From assembly GCA_016871515.1 (NCBI GenBank), contig VHDE01000004.1, positions 386-64,385 of the forward strand: a stretch of 64,000 nt of DNA, in the 5' to 3' direction. The first letter of the stretch is position 1. Each line of letters begins with the position of its first letter. Shown piece after piece: positions 26,902 through 36,074 of the stretch. The DNA is from Verrucomicrobiota bacterium (GTDB taxonomy: Bacteria > Verrucomicrobiota > Verrucomicrobiia > Limisphaerales > SIBE01). Both the position numbers and the translations under genes were made by a program. The notes beneath the pieces are model-generated. The model had not been told where the DNA came from and searched no databases. It saw only the letters and a program-made list of their open reading frames with translations.

Positions 26902-27666
26902 TCATGCCGCATTGAAACGGAGACTCAAACACGTGACGCCCCCCTCCGCTTTCGCGAATTCCGAAACGTCTGCGGTGCGCACTTCGAACCCTTGATCGCG
27001 AATCAGATTAGCAGTTTCGATGTGATCACTCGGAAGGCAGACAGAATCACCGGCGAGCGCCAAGTTTGCGCCCCAAGGTTCGCTCTCCGGAACATGCAGC
27101 CACGCGAATCCTTGCAAGGCCGTCATATCCAGCCATGCGGGATTAACCATCAACCGATCATCCGGCAAAGCGCTGCAGGCTGATTTCAGGTGCAGGCAGT
27201 CATGCACTGGGACCGGTAACACGCGGTAGCCGTACGGTTGAACGATCGATGTCAGCGCGTTGATTCCCGCGAGATTCGTCCGCAACGAAACACCAACCAA
27301 GAGCGTTCGGTTGACAATGAGAACGTCGCCTCCCTCAATGGCAGCCGGAAATTGGATTCGATGAACCTCGCGGTACTTCCGTAATTCCGGTTCAATCCCT
27401 GCCGGTTCCAGGCGTCGAGACTCGGCGCCCATCGAGGTCAGCACTGCCAACTCGTCAAGCACGATGGCGGTGTCTTCGATAAACACCCCATCCGGGAATT
27501 GGCGATTGATGTCGAGTGTTCGCACATCGACCCCGCAGTCGCGCAGCATGTGGCCGTACGCCTCGTGTTGTCGGACAGCGCGGCCATAGTCAATCGACGT
27601 TCGCTCGACATAGGTGAGTTCGCATCGCGCGATGTTTGGCGAAGGTCTGTTTGTCAATGCGATCAT
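26902..27666 (-). CDS. Dimethylarginine dimethylaminohydrolase (DDAH)/amidinotransferase-fold enzyme
   Basis: 254 aa, VFIEDTAIVLDELAVLTSMGAESRRLE, IEGGDVLIVNRTLLVGVSLRTN, HLKSACSAL, GGVTCLSLRF (C-terminal catalytic Cys context). Confidence 0.8.
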   Translation of the reverse strand: MIALTNRPSPNIARCELTYVERTSIDYGRAVRQHEAYGHMLRDCGVDVRTLDINRQFPDGVFIEDTAIVLDELAVLTSMGAESRRLEPAGIEPELRKYREVHRIQFPAAIEGGDVLIVNRTLLVGVSLRTNLAGINALTSIVQPYGYRVLPVPVHDCLHLKSACSALPDDRLMVNPAWLDMTALQGFAWLHVPESEPWGANLALAGDSVCLPSDHIETANLIRDQGFEVRTADVSEFAKAEGGVTCLSLRFNAA

Positions 27667-27696
27667 TTCAGCAGCAGGACAGGCGGGACGCCTGTT

Positions 27697-28554
27697 CTAC
27701 GGGGAACGCAACGGGAGATCGAAATAGAAAACTCGATTGGCATCTTTATCGGTTCCGATCTCATCCGCTTTCACGAGGAGCTGATCTCCCAAGAGCGTAT
27801 TGGCCAGGATTGAGCCATCAGGTGCGGTGACCAGAAACTCAGCCGGATGAACGAAAACAATGTGAATCTTATTTTCGCGCGACCGTGCCTGCAAAATCCG
27901 ATCGTTGGACTTCGGCCCAAACATTCCGCCCGAGGGACAAATCAGAAAATCGGCGCCCGCCGCGCAAAAGCGTCCGACGATTGATGGTTCGGTGCGGTCC
28001 GCACAAATCATGATGCCGACTTGGCCGTAGGGCGTTTGAAAGACAGGCGATGCATTGCCCGGTGTGTTCCGCACCGATTCGTGTTGCAGCTTTTGTTTGC
28101 GGTACTTGCCCAGCAACTGGCCATCTGGCCCAACCAACACGGACGTATTATAGCGCGCGTCCCCGTCCGCCTCAGTCATCCCCGCAATGAGATAAATCTT
28201 CAACTCCTTGGCCAGCTGGGTCAGCCGTTGGAAGCACTTCCCAGAAGGAATCGGCTCGCCCAATGCGCGGTATGTTTCCAAAGGAATCGTCTTGTCCGCG
28301 ATGGCGTAACCATCCAGGAAACACTCTGTCGTGCAGACGATCTTGGCTTGCTGCGCTGCTGCCTCGCGAATCATCGGTTCAATCCGCCGAAAGTTCGCTT
28401 GCTTGTCCGCTCGGACCCACTTGAGAACGATTCCCGCCACCTTGACGGTGGACACATGTAACCCTTCCGTTGCTTGTGATGCAGGAATCTCCACCAGACT
28501 GGCAGCAAGAATAGCCGAGCATATGGCTTGGCTCCATTGATAATAACTGCGCAT
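27697..28554 (-). CDS. Carbon-nitrogen hydrolase (nitrilase superfamily) with an N-terminal signal peptide
   Basis: MRSYYQWSQAICSAILAASLVEIPASQA; catalytic contexts IVCTTECFLDGY (Glu), KYRKQKL (Lys), IMICADR (Cys). Confidence 0.85.
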   Translation of the reverse strand: MRSYYQWSQAICSAILAASLVEIPASQATEGLHVSTVKVAGIVLKWVRADKQANFRRIEPMIREAAAQQAKIVCTTECFLDGYAIADKTIPLETYRALGEPIPSGKCFQRLTQLAKELKIYLIAGMTEADGDARYNTSVLVGPDGQLLGKYRKQKLQHESVRNTPGNASPVFQTPYGQVGIMICADRTEPSIVGRFCAAGADFLICPSGGMFGPKSNDRILQARSRENKIHIVFVHPAEFLVTAPDGSILANTLLGDQLLVKADEIGTDKDANRVFYFDLPLRSP

Positions 28555-28803
28555 AGGATATGATCCTTTTCAGAGCGAATTAACGCATGTTCACTCATAC
28601 GAGCGGCGGCCGTATCGGGCGCCGTTTGGTATAGGCAAAAACTTATAAGAACCGATCCGGAGCTGTCCAAGCAAAAGCGAACGTCGTGTTGTGCAACCTT
28701 CGGCTGACTAAAAACGTCTGACGTGAATATGGCAAATGACAGCGCAAGAGAATGAATGAAGGCGCCAGTTCTCTCCTTGAATCGACGTGGCTGGATAGGC
28801 GTC

Positions 28804-29025
28804 CCGCCTGTCCAGCATTTGCCGACACTAAAAAGCAGGACAGGTGGGACGCGCTGTGCTGCCACGTTCATGGTCCCAAAGCGTGCGCAAGGCGAATGAA
28901 GGCTTTCCATGAACCGCGAGGTAGGGCTGCGGTGCTCCGCAGCCTGCGAACAGTAATTGCGGCGGCGCAGCAACGCCGCCCTGCCACGTGTTGGTTCGTG
29001 GTCCCAATGCCTTGACATAGTAGAA
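28804..29025. repeat. Family C double hairpin plus TTCATGGTCCCAA modules (composite)
   Basis: GGCGTCCCGCCTGTCCAGCATTTGCCGACACTAAAAAGCAGGACAGGTGGGACGCGCTGTGCTGCC..GTTCATGGTCCCAAAGCG..CCATGAACC..GGTTCGTGGTCCCAATGCC. Confidence 0.85.
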
Positions 29026-29051
29026 CTTTGACGCGCTCCAAACTGCTTTCA

Positions 29052-30116
29052 ATGACCGCTCAGGTTGGATATCGACGATCCGTGCTTTGTCATTGCTTTA
29101 CCATTTTCCTGCTGGCGGCGGCGCTGAGGGCGAACGGCCAGGAATCCACGGAATCTGCGAAAGCTGACCTGCCGCCAATCCCCAAGCGATCGCCTGTGGG
29201 ACGCGAGGCTTTGCCGGCGCCGTTCCGCAAAGTTATCCCTACGACTGTCGATGACCTTCAGTCCTTTGAAAAATACATGAAGCGATTGGCAGCCAAAGTC
29301 TCGCCGTCGGTCGTCGCGGTTCAAGTCGGCGGCGCCACAGGAAGCGGTGTGGTCGTTTCCGAGGATGGCTTGGTCCTTACGGCCGCGCATGTGTCGTCCG
29401 CCCCAAACCGCAATGTCACATTCATTTTTCCCGACGGAAAAAAAGTCACCGGCAAGACCTTGGGAACAAACCACGGAATTGATGCCGGCGTTATGAAAAT
29501 CACTGATCAAGGTCCTTGGCCGCACGTCGAGATTGGTGATCTTGACCAAGCCCGTTTAGGTGATTGGGTGCTGGCGCTCGGGCATCCCGGCGGGTTTGAC
29601 CCGGATCGTTCGACGGTGGTTCGCCTCGGTCGCATCATTCGGCTCGGTTCAAGTTTCTTGCAAACCGACTGCACAATCATCAGCGGCGATTCGGGCGGGC
29701 CGCTCTTCGACATGCACGGCCAGGTGATCGGCATTCACAGCCGGATCAGCGATTCGACCGCGGCGAACTTTCACGTGCCGATTCGGACGTATTACGATAC
29801 GTGGGAGCGCTTGGTGCAAGGTGAGAATTGGGACGATAGCGGGCGGCCTTGGTTAGGAGTTTGGGGCTTGGACCACGCAGAAGGCTTTCGTGTGGAACTT
29901 GTCAATCAGCGAGGTCCGGCCGAGAAAGCCGGTTTGCAAATCGGCGACACGATCCTGAAATTCAACGGTCGTTCGATCGGGAATTTCGAGTCATTCAAGA
30001 AAGCCGTGGGCAAAACCAAAGTCGCTGACAGAGTGAAGGTCGTATTCAAACGGGACGGCATGGAAATGTCTGCCGAGATCAAAGTCGAAGCGCGCCCCTC
30101 TTGGTTGGGAGAATGA
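29052..30116 (+). CDS. HtrA/DegP-type S1C serine protease with a C-terminal PDZ domain
   Basis: Start at ATG 29052 (MTAQVGYRRSVLCHCFTIFLLAAAL). Triad contexts: LVLTAAHV, IDAGVMKI, GDSGGPLF. PDZ: GPAEKAGLQIGDTILKFNG. Confidence 0.9.
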   Translation: MTAQVGYRRSVLCHCFTIFLLAAALRANGQESTESAKADLPPIPKRSPVGREALPAPFRKVIPTTVDDLQSFEKYMKRLAAKVSPSVVAVQVGGATGSGVVVSEDGLVLTAAHVSSAPNRNVTFIFPDGKKVTGKTLGTNHGIDAGVMKITDQGPWPHVEIGDLDQARLGDWVLALGHPGGFDPDRSTVVRLGRIIRLGSSFLQTDCTIISGDSGGPLFDMHGQVIGIHSRISDSTAANFHVPIRTYYDTWERLVQGENWDDSGRPWLGVWGLDHAEGFRVELVNQRGPAEKAGLQIGDTILKFNGRSIGNFESFKKAVGKTKVADRVKVVFKRDGMEMSAEIKVEARPSWLGE

Positions 30117-30149
30117 TTGCGCGAGAGCCCGAAAGTCGCCGTGATTGTT

Positions 30150-31295
30150 ATGCAAAGCCACTATTTGAGAAACACCCCATTTCTTTTCAGTAGCGGCGGG
30201 CATCCTGCCGCTGCCGGCAACTTAGGGAAACACTGGCTGATTTCAGCAGCGCTGCTCGCCTTCAGCCTCCTCTCGCCTCAGATTTTCGCTCAGAGTTCAT
30301 CGAACCGCGGCGCCACACTGCCAGAACATCGGTTCAAAAGTGGCGAGAGCACCATGCGGGCATTTCGACCGACCGTCGAGGAGGCCCGTCAATCGATCGT
30401 CGAAATCCAACTCGACGGCAAAGCCGTCGCCTTTGGAACGATTGTGGAAGCGAACGGACTGATTATCACTAAAGCCAGCGAACTCAAGGAAGGCAAACTG
30501 ACGTGCAAACTCGCCAACAATGTGGTGGTCGATGCTGAACTGGCGGCCAGCGACGACGCCAATGATGTTGCTCTCGTGAAGATTACAGCCGCGGACCTCA
30601 AACCGATTCAGTGGGACCCCGCGAACGATGCCACGGTTGGCCAGTGGGTGGTGACATCCGGAATCAAGGTCATGCCCGAAGCCGTTGGGATTGTCAGTGT
30701 CCCGCAGCGAAAAATACTGCACAAACGTGCGATCATCGGCGTGATACATGATACGAACGCGGCCACGGCCAAGATCGCCAGCGTCACTCCCGGCCTGGGC
30801 GCGGCGAAAGCGGGCTTGAAAGCGGGCGACGTCATCGTCTCGATTAACGAAACGACCATCAAGAATTGGGAAGAACTCGCGAAAACCTTGCGTCAATATC
30901 GCGAGGGTCAAACCGTAAAACTGCGTGTGCAACGCGAGGATCAGGACGAATTCGAGGTCAGCGTACAGATGGTGGACGAACGGAATGCTCTGTCGACTCC
31001 CCGGCGCGGCCGCAGCGGGTTCAGCCGCCAGGAAATGATGAACCGCATGGGCGGTGAACTCAGCAAACGAGCGGAAGGTTTCGCCTCCGCCATCCAGCAC
31101 GACACCGTCCTCCAACCGTGGCAATGCGGCGGCCCGCTGCTGAACCTCGAAGGCAAAGCCATTGGCATCAATATCGCGCGCGCCGGCCGCATCGCTTCTT
31201 ATGCCTTGCCAGCCGAGTTAGTGCAGCAGATCGTCGAAAACTTGAAGGCGCAGTTTCAAACCACCGTCAACGCCGAGGCGAAGCAGGGTAATTAA
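30150..31295 (+). CDS. HtrA-like paralog with a degenerate catalytic triad and a PDZ domain inserted between the two protease lobes
   Basis: Signal: KHWLISAALLAFSLLSPQIFAQ. His position reads LIITKASEL, Asp position DVALVKI, Ser position LQPWQCGGPLLN. The PDZ (GLGAAKAGLKAGDVIVSINETTI) lies before the QCGGPL segment. Start could also be TTG at 30117. Confidence 0.7.
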   Translation: MQSHYLRNTPFLFSSGGHPAAAGNLGKHWLISAALLAFSLLSPQIFAQSSSNRGATLPEHRFKSGESTMRAFRPTVEEARQSIVEIQLDGKAVAFGTIVEANGLIITKASELKEGKLTCKLANNVVVDAELAASDDANDVALVKITAADLKPIQWDPANDATVGQWVVTSGIKVMPEAVGIVSVPQRKILHKRAIIGVIHDTNAATAKIASVTPGLGAAKAGLKAGDVIVSINETTIKNWEELAKTLRQYREGQTVKLRVQREDQDEFEVSVQMVDERNALSTPRRGRSGFSRQEMMNRMGGELSKRAEGFASAIQHDTVLQPWQCGGPLLNLEGKAIGINIARAGRIASYALPAELVQQIVENLKAQFQTTVNAEAKQGN

Positions 31296-31325
31296 GCATT
31301 CCACGAGCTTGGTCCGGCGCCGGCC

Positions 31326-31641
31326 GGACAGGCGTCTCGCCTGTCTTTGGAGTTTGGACATTTTGCGGGCTGGACTTAGTCCTGCACTTGATCTCGCACT
31401 TAATCCATTGGCGGGCGTGGCCTCTCACTGGAGAAGCTCAAGGTTTATGATCGAGGGTTGGCCAGCGTGGCGAGCCTGGCGCAGCTTTCGGCCGACTGGG
31501 ACAACCGGTGGACCGGGTGGCTCTCTTGGTTCGTGGATTAGCTGGCATGCCCGAACTGGACTAAGTGCGAGATCAAGTGGGGGATTAAGTCGGTTGGAAA
31601 TGTCCAAAACTCCAGTGACAGGCGGGACGCCTGTCCTGCCC
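31326..31641. repeat. 316-bp nested foldback (MITE-like or structured RNA) with family C termini
   Basis: Left: GGACAGGCGTCTCGCCTGTC-TTTGGAGTTTGGACATT-..-GGACTTAGTCCTGCACTTGATCTCGCACTTAATCC. Right: GGACTAAGTGCGAGATCAAGTGGGGGATTAAGTC-..-AAATGTCCAAAACTCCAG-TGACAGGCGGGACGCCTGTCC. About 135 bp of unique core. Confidence 0.85.
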
Positions 31642-31696
31642 CAAAAGCATGTTGATCGATGACAAGCGTCAGCGGACCGTTTATTTGTTAGCTCCT

Positions 31697-34600
31697 ATGA
31701 CATTCGGATCAAGACTCGGATTAATTTTAAGTTTGGTTACATCCGCCCTCCTCACGCACCCCGCGCAACCCAACGTTCAAGCGGCCGACTTGCCTGTCAA
31801 ACCGCTGCGTGCGTTGCTGATTCTTGGCGGTTGTTGCCATGATTACGCCAAACAAAAGGACATTCTCAAAGAGGGCATCGAGAAACGCGCCCATGCCCAG
31901 GTCGAGATTGTCTATAATCCTGACAAGACCACCCGAGCGCGCTTTGATATTTACGAAAAGCAGGACTGGGCGAAAGGTTACGATGTGGTGATCCACGACG
32001 AATGCTCGGCGGACATTCGAGATTTGCCCTACGTTCAGAACATTCTCGCTGCGCATCAAGGCGGGGTTCCGGCGGTCAACTTGCACTGCGCTATGCACAG
32101 CTACCGCACCGGAACGGATGATTGGTTTAAGTTTATTGGTCTCCAATCGAGCAGCCATGGCCCCCAACTGCCCATCGCGATCCGTTTCGTGGACAAGGAA
32201 CATCCCATCACCCAGACGTTGGCCGACTGGACGACGATTGACGAGGAACTCTACAACAATATTAAGCTCTTCGAGACCGCCCACCCACTCGCTCGCGGCA
32301 AGCAGGCTGTCAAACAGAGAGACGGCACGACAAGAGAAGTGGATTACGTTGTCGCGTGGGTCAACGACTACAACAAGACTCGGATATTCAATACGACTAT
32401 CGGACACAACAACGCTACGGTGGCCGACGATCGCTATCTTGATTTGGTTAGCCGAGGCCTCCTCTGGGCGTGCGATAAACTGAATGATACCTATCTGAAA
32501 CCAGTCGCAAAGAAGCAGGCAGCAGCCGATCTCCCAGTCTCCCTGACGGCTTCGGAACCCACTCCGGCCCAGTCAGCGCGGCCGCAAACTTCACCGGCCG
32601 CAGCCAAAGAGAACGACACGGACTTGCTGAAAGAAGTGAAAGTCCCGGCAGAGTTCGAGGCAACGATTTTCGCCCGTCCTCCGATGGTCAATTACCCTGT
32701 GTTTGCCGCCGCCGCCCCGGACGGAACGCTTTACGTGTCGAGCGACGGCAACGCTTCGCTGGACCGGAAGCCAAATCGGGGCCGTGTTCTTCGTCTGCGT
32801 GATGCGGACAACGACGGACACGCCGACGAAATGAAAGAGTTTGTCAAAGACGTGGATTCGCCGCGCGGGTTGGTCTGGGACCATGACCGCCTCTATTTGA
32901 TGCATCCGCCGCATATCAGTGTTTACGTCGACAAGGACGGGGATGGCGTTGCGGACGAGCAAAAACTCCTAGTCAAAAACATCGCTTTCACATTCAAGGA
33001 CCGTCCGGCGGATCATTCGTCAAATGGACTCGAACTCGGCATCGACGGCTGGATTTACTGCGCCATCGGCGATTTTGGATTCATGGAAGCTGAAGGTGCT
33101 GACGGACGAAAGTTGCAACTGCGTGCCGGAGGCGTAGTTCGCGTGCGACCCGATGGCACGGGCCTGGAGCTCTTTGCGCGAGGCACTCGCAACATTCTCG
33201 AAGCAGCCGTCAGCCCGCTGCTCGATCTTTTCGCGCGCGACAATACCAACGATGGTGGTGGCTGGGACATTCGTTTGCACCACTTCACAGGCCTAACCGA
33301 GCACGGTTATCCAACGCTTTTCAAGAACTTCGCCAGTGAAATCATCCAACCCTTGGCAATTTACGGCGGCGGTTCGGGCTGTGGCGGAGCTTGGATCGAC
33401 GAGCCTGGCATCCCAACGAAATGGAACAACGCGCCGTTCACGGCGGATTGGGGCCGGAATTGGGTTTATCACCATCGCCTAACGCCGACGGGTGCAACCT
33501 TCGCCGCCGACCAGACGGAGTTCGCCGGCGCAACCCGCGTGACCGATCTCGATGTCGATGCGCTCAGCCGCATTTACGTGGCCAGTTGGAAGGGCGCCTC
33601 CTACACCTGGGCTGGGCCGAACGTGGGTTACCTTTTCCGACTCACGCCGAAGGGCTGCCAACCTGATCCGTTGCCGAATTTTCAAGCGGCAACCGACGGC
33701 GAACTGGTGAAACTGCTCGAATCGCGCAGTCATCGTCGCCGGCTGGAAGCGCAGCGCACGCTGTTGCGGCGAAACCTTGGCAGCGAAACACAAACATCGC
33801 TAGCGGCTCTTGCGGCTGATCGTTCCAAGCCACTCGCTTCGCGCGTCGCCGCACTCTTCACACTGAAACAGGGCCTGGGCGAACAGTCTGTCGGCGCGCT
33901 GACAACGCTGGCGAGTGACCCGACCATCGCCGCGTGGGCTATTCGCGCGTTGACCGATCACGAGGGCCAACTCGCCAATGTCCCCGCGGCGCCGTTGCTC
34001 GCCAGTTTGAAATCGAGCGACGCACGGACCCGCAAAGAAGCGGCCGTAAGCCTGGCACGACTTGGCGCGTCCGAGCACTCCGTGGCACTACCGGATCTGT
34101 TGACCGACAACGATCCTATTGTCGCGCACACGGCGGTCGAAGCCTTGAGACGGCTTAAAGGGGTTGCGGCTTGTTTTTCGATTATCGATAGAAAAGGCTT
34201 GGCCCCGCAGCAACGGGCTGGTGCGTTGCGTGTCTTGCAATCGCTGCACGAGACCGATGTTGTGGATGGTCTTATCACACGATTGAATCAGGAGAAGGAC
34301 CCAATCCGCCGTCTGGGACTGATTTCAGCGCTGTGCCGTTTGCATTTCATCGAAGGGCAATGGAAAGGAAACAGTTGGGGCACACGGCCGGATACACGCG
34401 GGCCTTATTATCAGCCCGAAGCTTGGTCGGAGACGAAACGCATCGGCGAAGTCCTCGACGAAGCCGTGGCGAAGAGCGATCGCGGCGAACTTCAGTTTCT
34501 TGCGTTGGAACTCGCGCGTCACCGGATTCCGACAGGAGCAGCGTTTGCGAAGTTGGAAGAGTTGGCCAGGCAAGACCTTTCGCTTCTCTCACCGGTCGTT

Positions 34601-35647
34601 GGACAACTCGCTCGAAGCGAAACGATCCCTGCCGAAGCCGTTCCGCTGCTGACCAAGGCCGCTTCGTCCGCCGAAACGCGCGACCTCACGCGCGCCCAAG
34701 CTGTCCAAGCGCTCGCGAAAACCGACGTCAATGCGGACAGCGTTCGGACGATGCTCGCTGCGCTCGGACGTTTGAAGCAATCGAAAACTGGCGGCCCTGA
34801 GTTCGAGCAAGCGCGTGATGCATTCTTTGGTTCTCCGCGGATTGAACGCGAGCACCGGACATTGGCGAAGGAGGCCGCAAAACTGCATGGCGAACCATCG
34901 CTTTTGGCTGACGCCGCGCTGCTTCGCATTTACGAGCGGCGAGGCTCGAGTGACGTTCGCAGCGCCGTGACGACAGCTCTGGAAAACGGCTGGTCTGAAC
35001 CGAAACGCCGCGCCCAAATTATTTCAGCCACCGCCGTCGCCAACCGCCGCATTTGGACAGATAAAATATTGGCCGCCCTCAACGACCCAGACAAGACTGT
35101 TGCTCAGGCTGCCAAAGAGGCCGCAGCGGCGTTGAAACTCGAGTTGCCGAAAGCGGAAGCGTCTTCGGACCCTCTAATCGGTGAAATGAAATCGGATGAC
35201 GTGTTTGCGGCCGTGCTGAATGCGAAGGGCGACATCGAGCGAGGCCAGGCCCTTTTCACGCAACAAGGCTGCGCGAATTGCCACACGGTCAAGCCACAGG
35301 AGCCCTTGCGCGGCCCTTATTTGGCGCAGGTCGCTGCCATTTTCAAACGACGTGAACTGGCGGAAGCCATCTTGCTCCCGAACAAAAGCATTGCGCAAGG
35401 CTTCGCCGCCAATCGCTTCGTGTTGAAAGATGGCGCTGAAGCGGAAGGCTTTGTGGTCAGCGAAGCGGCTGACAAAATAACGATACGCACCGTCGCAGCC
35501 CAGGAGATCGTGATTCGCCCACAGGAAGTCACCGAGCGCACAAAGCTGGAGAAATCGCTCATGCCCGACGGAACGGTGGCGAATTTATCCGTGCCAGATT
35601 TCGCCGCGCTGCTTGATTACCTGGAGAGCGTGGGGAAGAAACAGTAA
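31697..35647 (+). CDS. ThuA-like domain + PVC-type membrane-bound-dehydrogenase beta-propeller + HEAT repeats + C-terminal heme-binding (CxxCH) domain protein
   Basis: Start moved to MTFGSRLGLILSLVTSALL (ATG at 31697). ThuA-like: LILGGCCHDYAKQKD..VVIHDECSA..VNLHCAMHSYR..TTIGHNN. Propeller: MVNYPVFAAAAPDGTLYVSSDGN..PRGLVWD. HEAT: SSDARTRKEAAVSLARLG..DNDPIVAHTAVEALRRL. Heme: GQALFTQQGCANCH..MPDG. Confidence 0.85.
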   Translation: MTFGSRLGLILSLVTSALLTHPAQPNVQAADLPVKPLRALLILGGCCHDYAKQKDILKEGIEKRAHAQVEIVYNPDKTTRARFDIYEKQDWAKGYDVVIHDECSADIRDLPYVQNILAAHQGGVPAVNLHCAMHSYRTGTDDWFKFIGLQSSSHGPQLPIAIRFVDKEHPITQTLADWTTIDEELYNNIKLFETAHPLARGKQAVKQRDGTTREVDYVVAWVNDYNKTRIFNTTIGHNNATVADDRYLDLVSRGLLWACDKLNDTYLKPVAKKQAAADLPVSLTASEPTPAQSARPQTSPAAAKENDTDLLKEVKVPAEFEATIFARPPMVNYPVFAAAAPDGTLYVSSDGNASLDRKPNRGRVLRLRDADNDGHADEMKEFVKDVDSPRGLVWDHDRLYLMHPPHISVYVDKDGDGVADEQKLLVKNIAFTFKDRPADHSSNGLELGIDGWIYCAIGDFGFMEAEGADGRKLQLRAGGVVRVRPDGTGLELFARGTRNILEAAVSPLLDLFARDNTNDGGGWDIRLHHFTGLTEHGYPTLFKNFASEIIQPLAIYGGGSGCGGAWIDEPGIPTKWNNAPFTADWGRNWVYHHRLTPTGATFAADQTEFAGATRVTDLDVDALSRIYVASWKGASYTWAGPNVGYLFRLTPKGCQPDPLPNFQAATDGELVKLLESRSHRRRLEAQRTLLRRNLGSETQTSLAALAADRSKPLASRVAALFTLKQGLGEQSVGALTTLASDPTIAAWAIRALTDHEGQLANVPAAPLLASLKSSDARTRKEAAVSLARLGASEHSVALPDLLTDNDPIVAHTAVEALRRLKGVAACFSIIDRKGLAPQQRAGALRVLQSLHETDVVDGLITRLNQEKDPIRRLGLISALCRLHFIEGQWKGNSWGTRPDTRGPYYQPEAWSETKRIGEVLDEAVAKSDRGELQFLALELARHRIPTGAAFAKLEELARQDLSLLSPVVGQLARSETIPAEAVPLLTKAASSAETRDLTRAQAVQALAKTDVNADSVRTMLAALGRLKQSKTGGPEFEQARDAFFGSPRIEREHRTLAKEAAKLHGEPSLLADAALLRIYERRGSSDVRSAVTTALENGWSEPKRRAQIISATAVANRRIWTDKILAALNDPDKTVAQAAKEAAAALKLELPKAEASSDPLIGEMKSDDVFAAVLNAKGDIERGQALFTQQGCANCHTVKPQEPLRGPYLAQVAAIFKRRELAEAILLPNKSIAQGFAANRFVLKDGAEAEGFVVSEAADKITIRTVAAQEIVIRPQEVTERTKLEKSLMPDGTVANLSVPDFAALLDYLESVGKKQ

Positions 35648-35803
35648 CCTCCGGCAAGAGCAGTGTCGCTACCAGCAAATGCTGCCGCCTAAAGGCGAAT
35701 GCCCTTTTCGGCAATTCAAAACTGCGGCGTGCGAATCGTTGTCCCGCAGGGGACAGGTGACAACCTCGATCTCCTTTTGAGATGCATCGAGACCATAAAC
35801 GCG

Positions 35804-35877
35804 ATAGGGGCGGGAACAGCTTGTCCCCGTATTCCGACGCTGCCGCGCCGGGCGCGGGCCGTCCCCGCTCCCATGAG
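35804..35877. repeat. Family F repeat F1
   Basis: ATAGGGGCGGGAACAGCTTGTCCCCGTATTCCGACGCTGCCGCGCCGGGCGCGGGCCGTCCCCGCTCCCATGA. Inverted copy at 59716..59793. Confidence 0.9.
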
Positions 35878-35880
35878 ATA

Positions 35881-35990
35881 AGGGCGCGTCCGTTCAGTTG
35901 TAGCGGCGTCTCGTAAGACCGCCGCCAGCTTTGGCGGGAAGAATGCGGCGCTCTTACGAGACGCCGCTACAGCTAGAAAGGACGCTCCCT
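35881..35990. repeat. Family G ~110-bp long hairpin G1
   Basis: AGGGCGCGTCCGTTCAGTTGTAGCGGCGTCTCGTAAGACCGCCGC - loop - GCGGCGCTCTTACGAGACGCCGCTACAGCTAGAAAGGACGCTCCCT. Arms ~45 bp with few mismatches. Second copy at 43885..43996. Confidence 0.9.
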
Positions 35991-36074
35991 AACCATGAGA
36001 TTCGCGGATAAATATTGCTGTTGCACTCGGCGCTTGTTTTGCCCTTTCGAAACCGTAACTTGCATTGAACGCGA

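Noticed and set aside
28371-29018. 215-aa ORF (-) in the intergenic region upstream of htrA
   Set aside because: It reads straight through family C repeats and TTCATGGTCCCAA modules. The same pseudo-peptides recur wherever these repeats occur.
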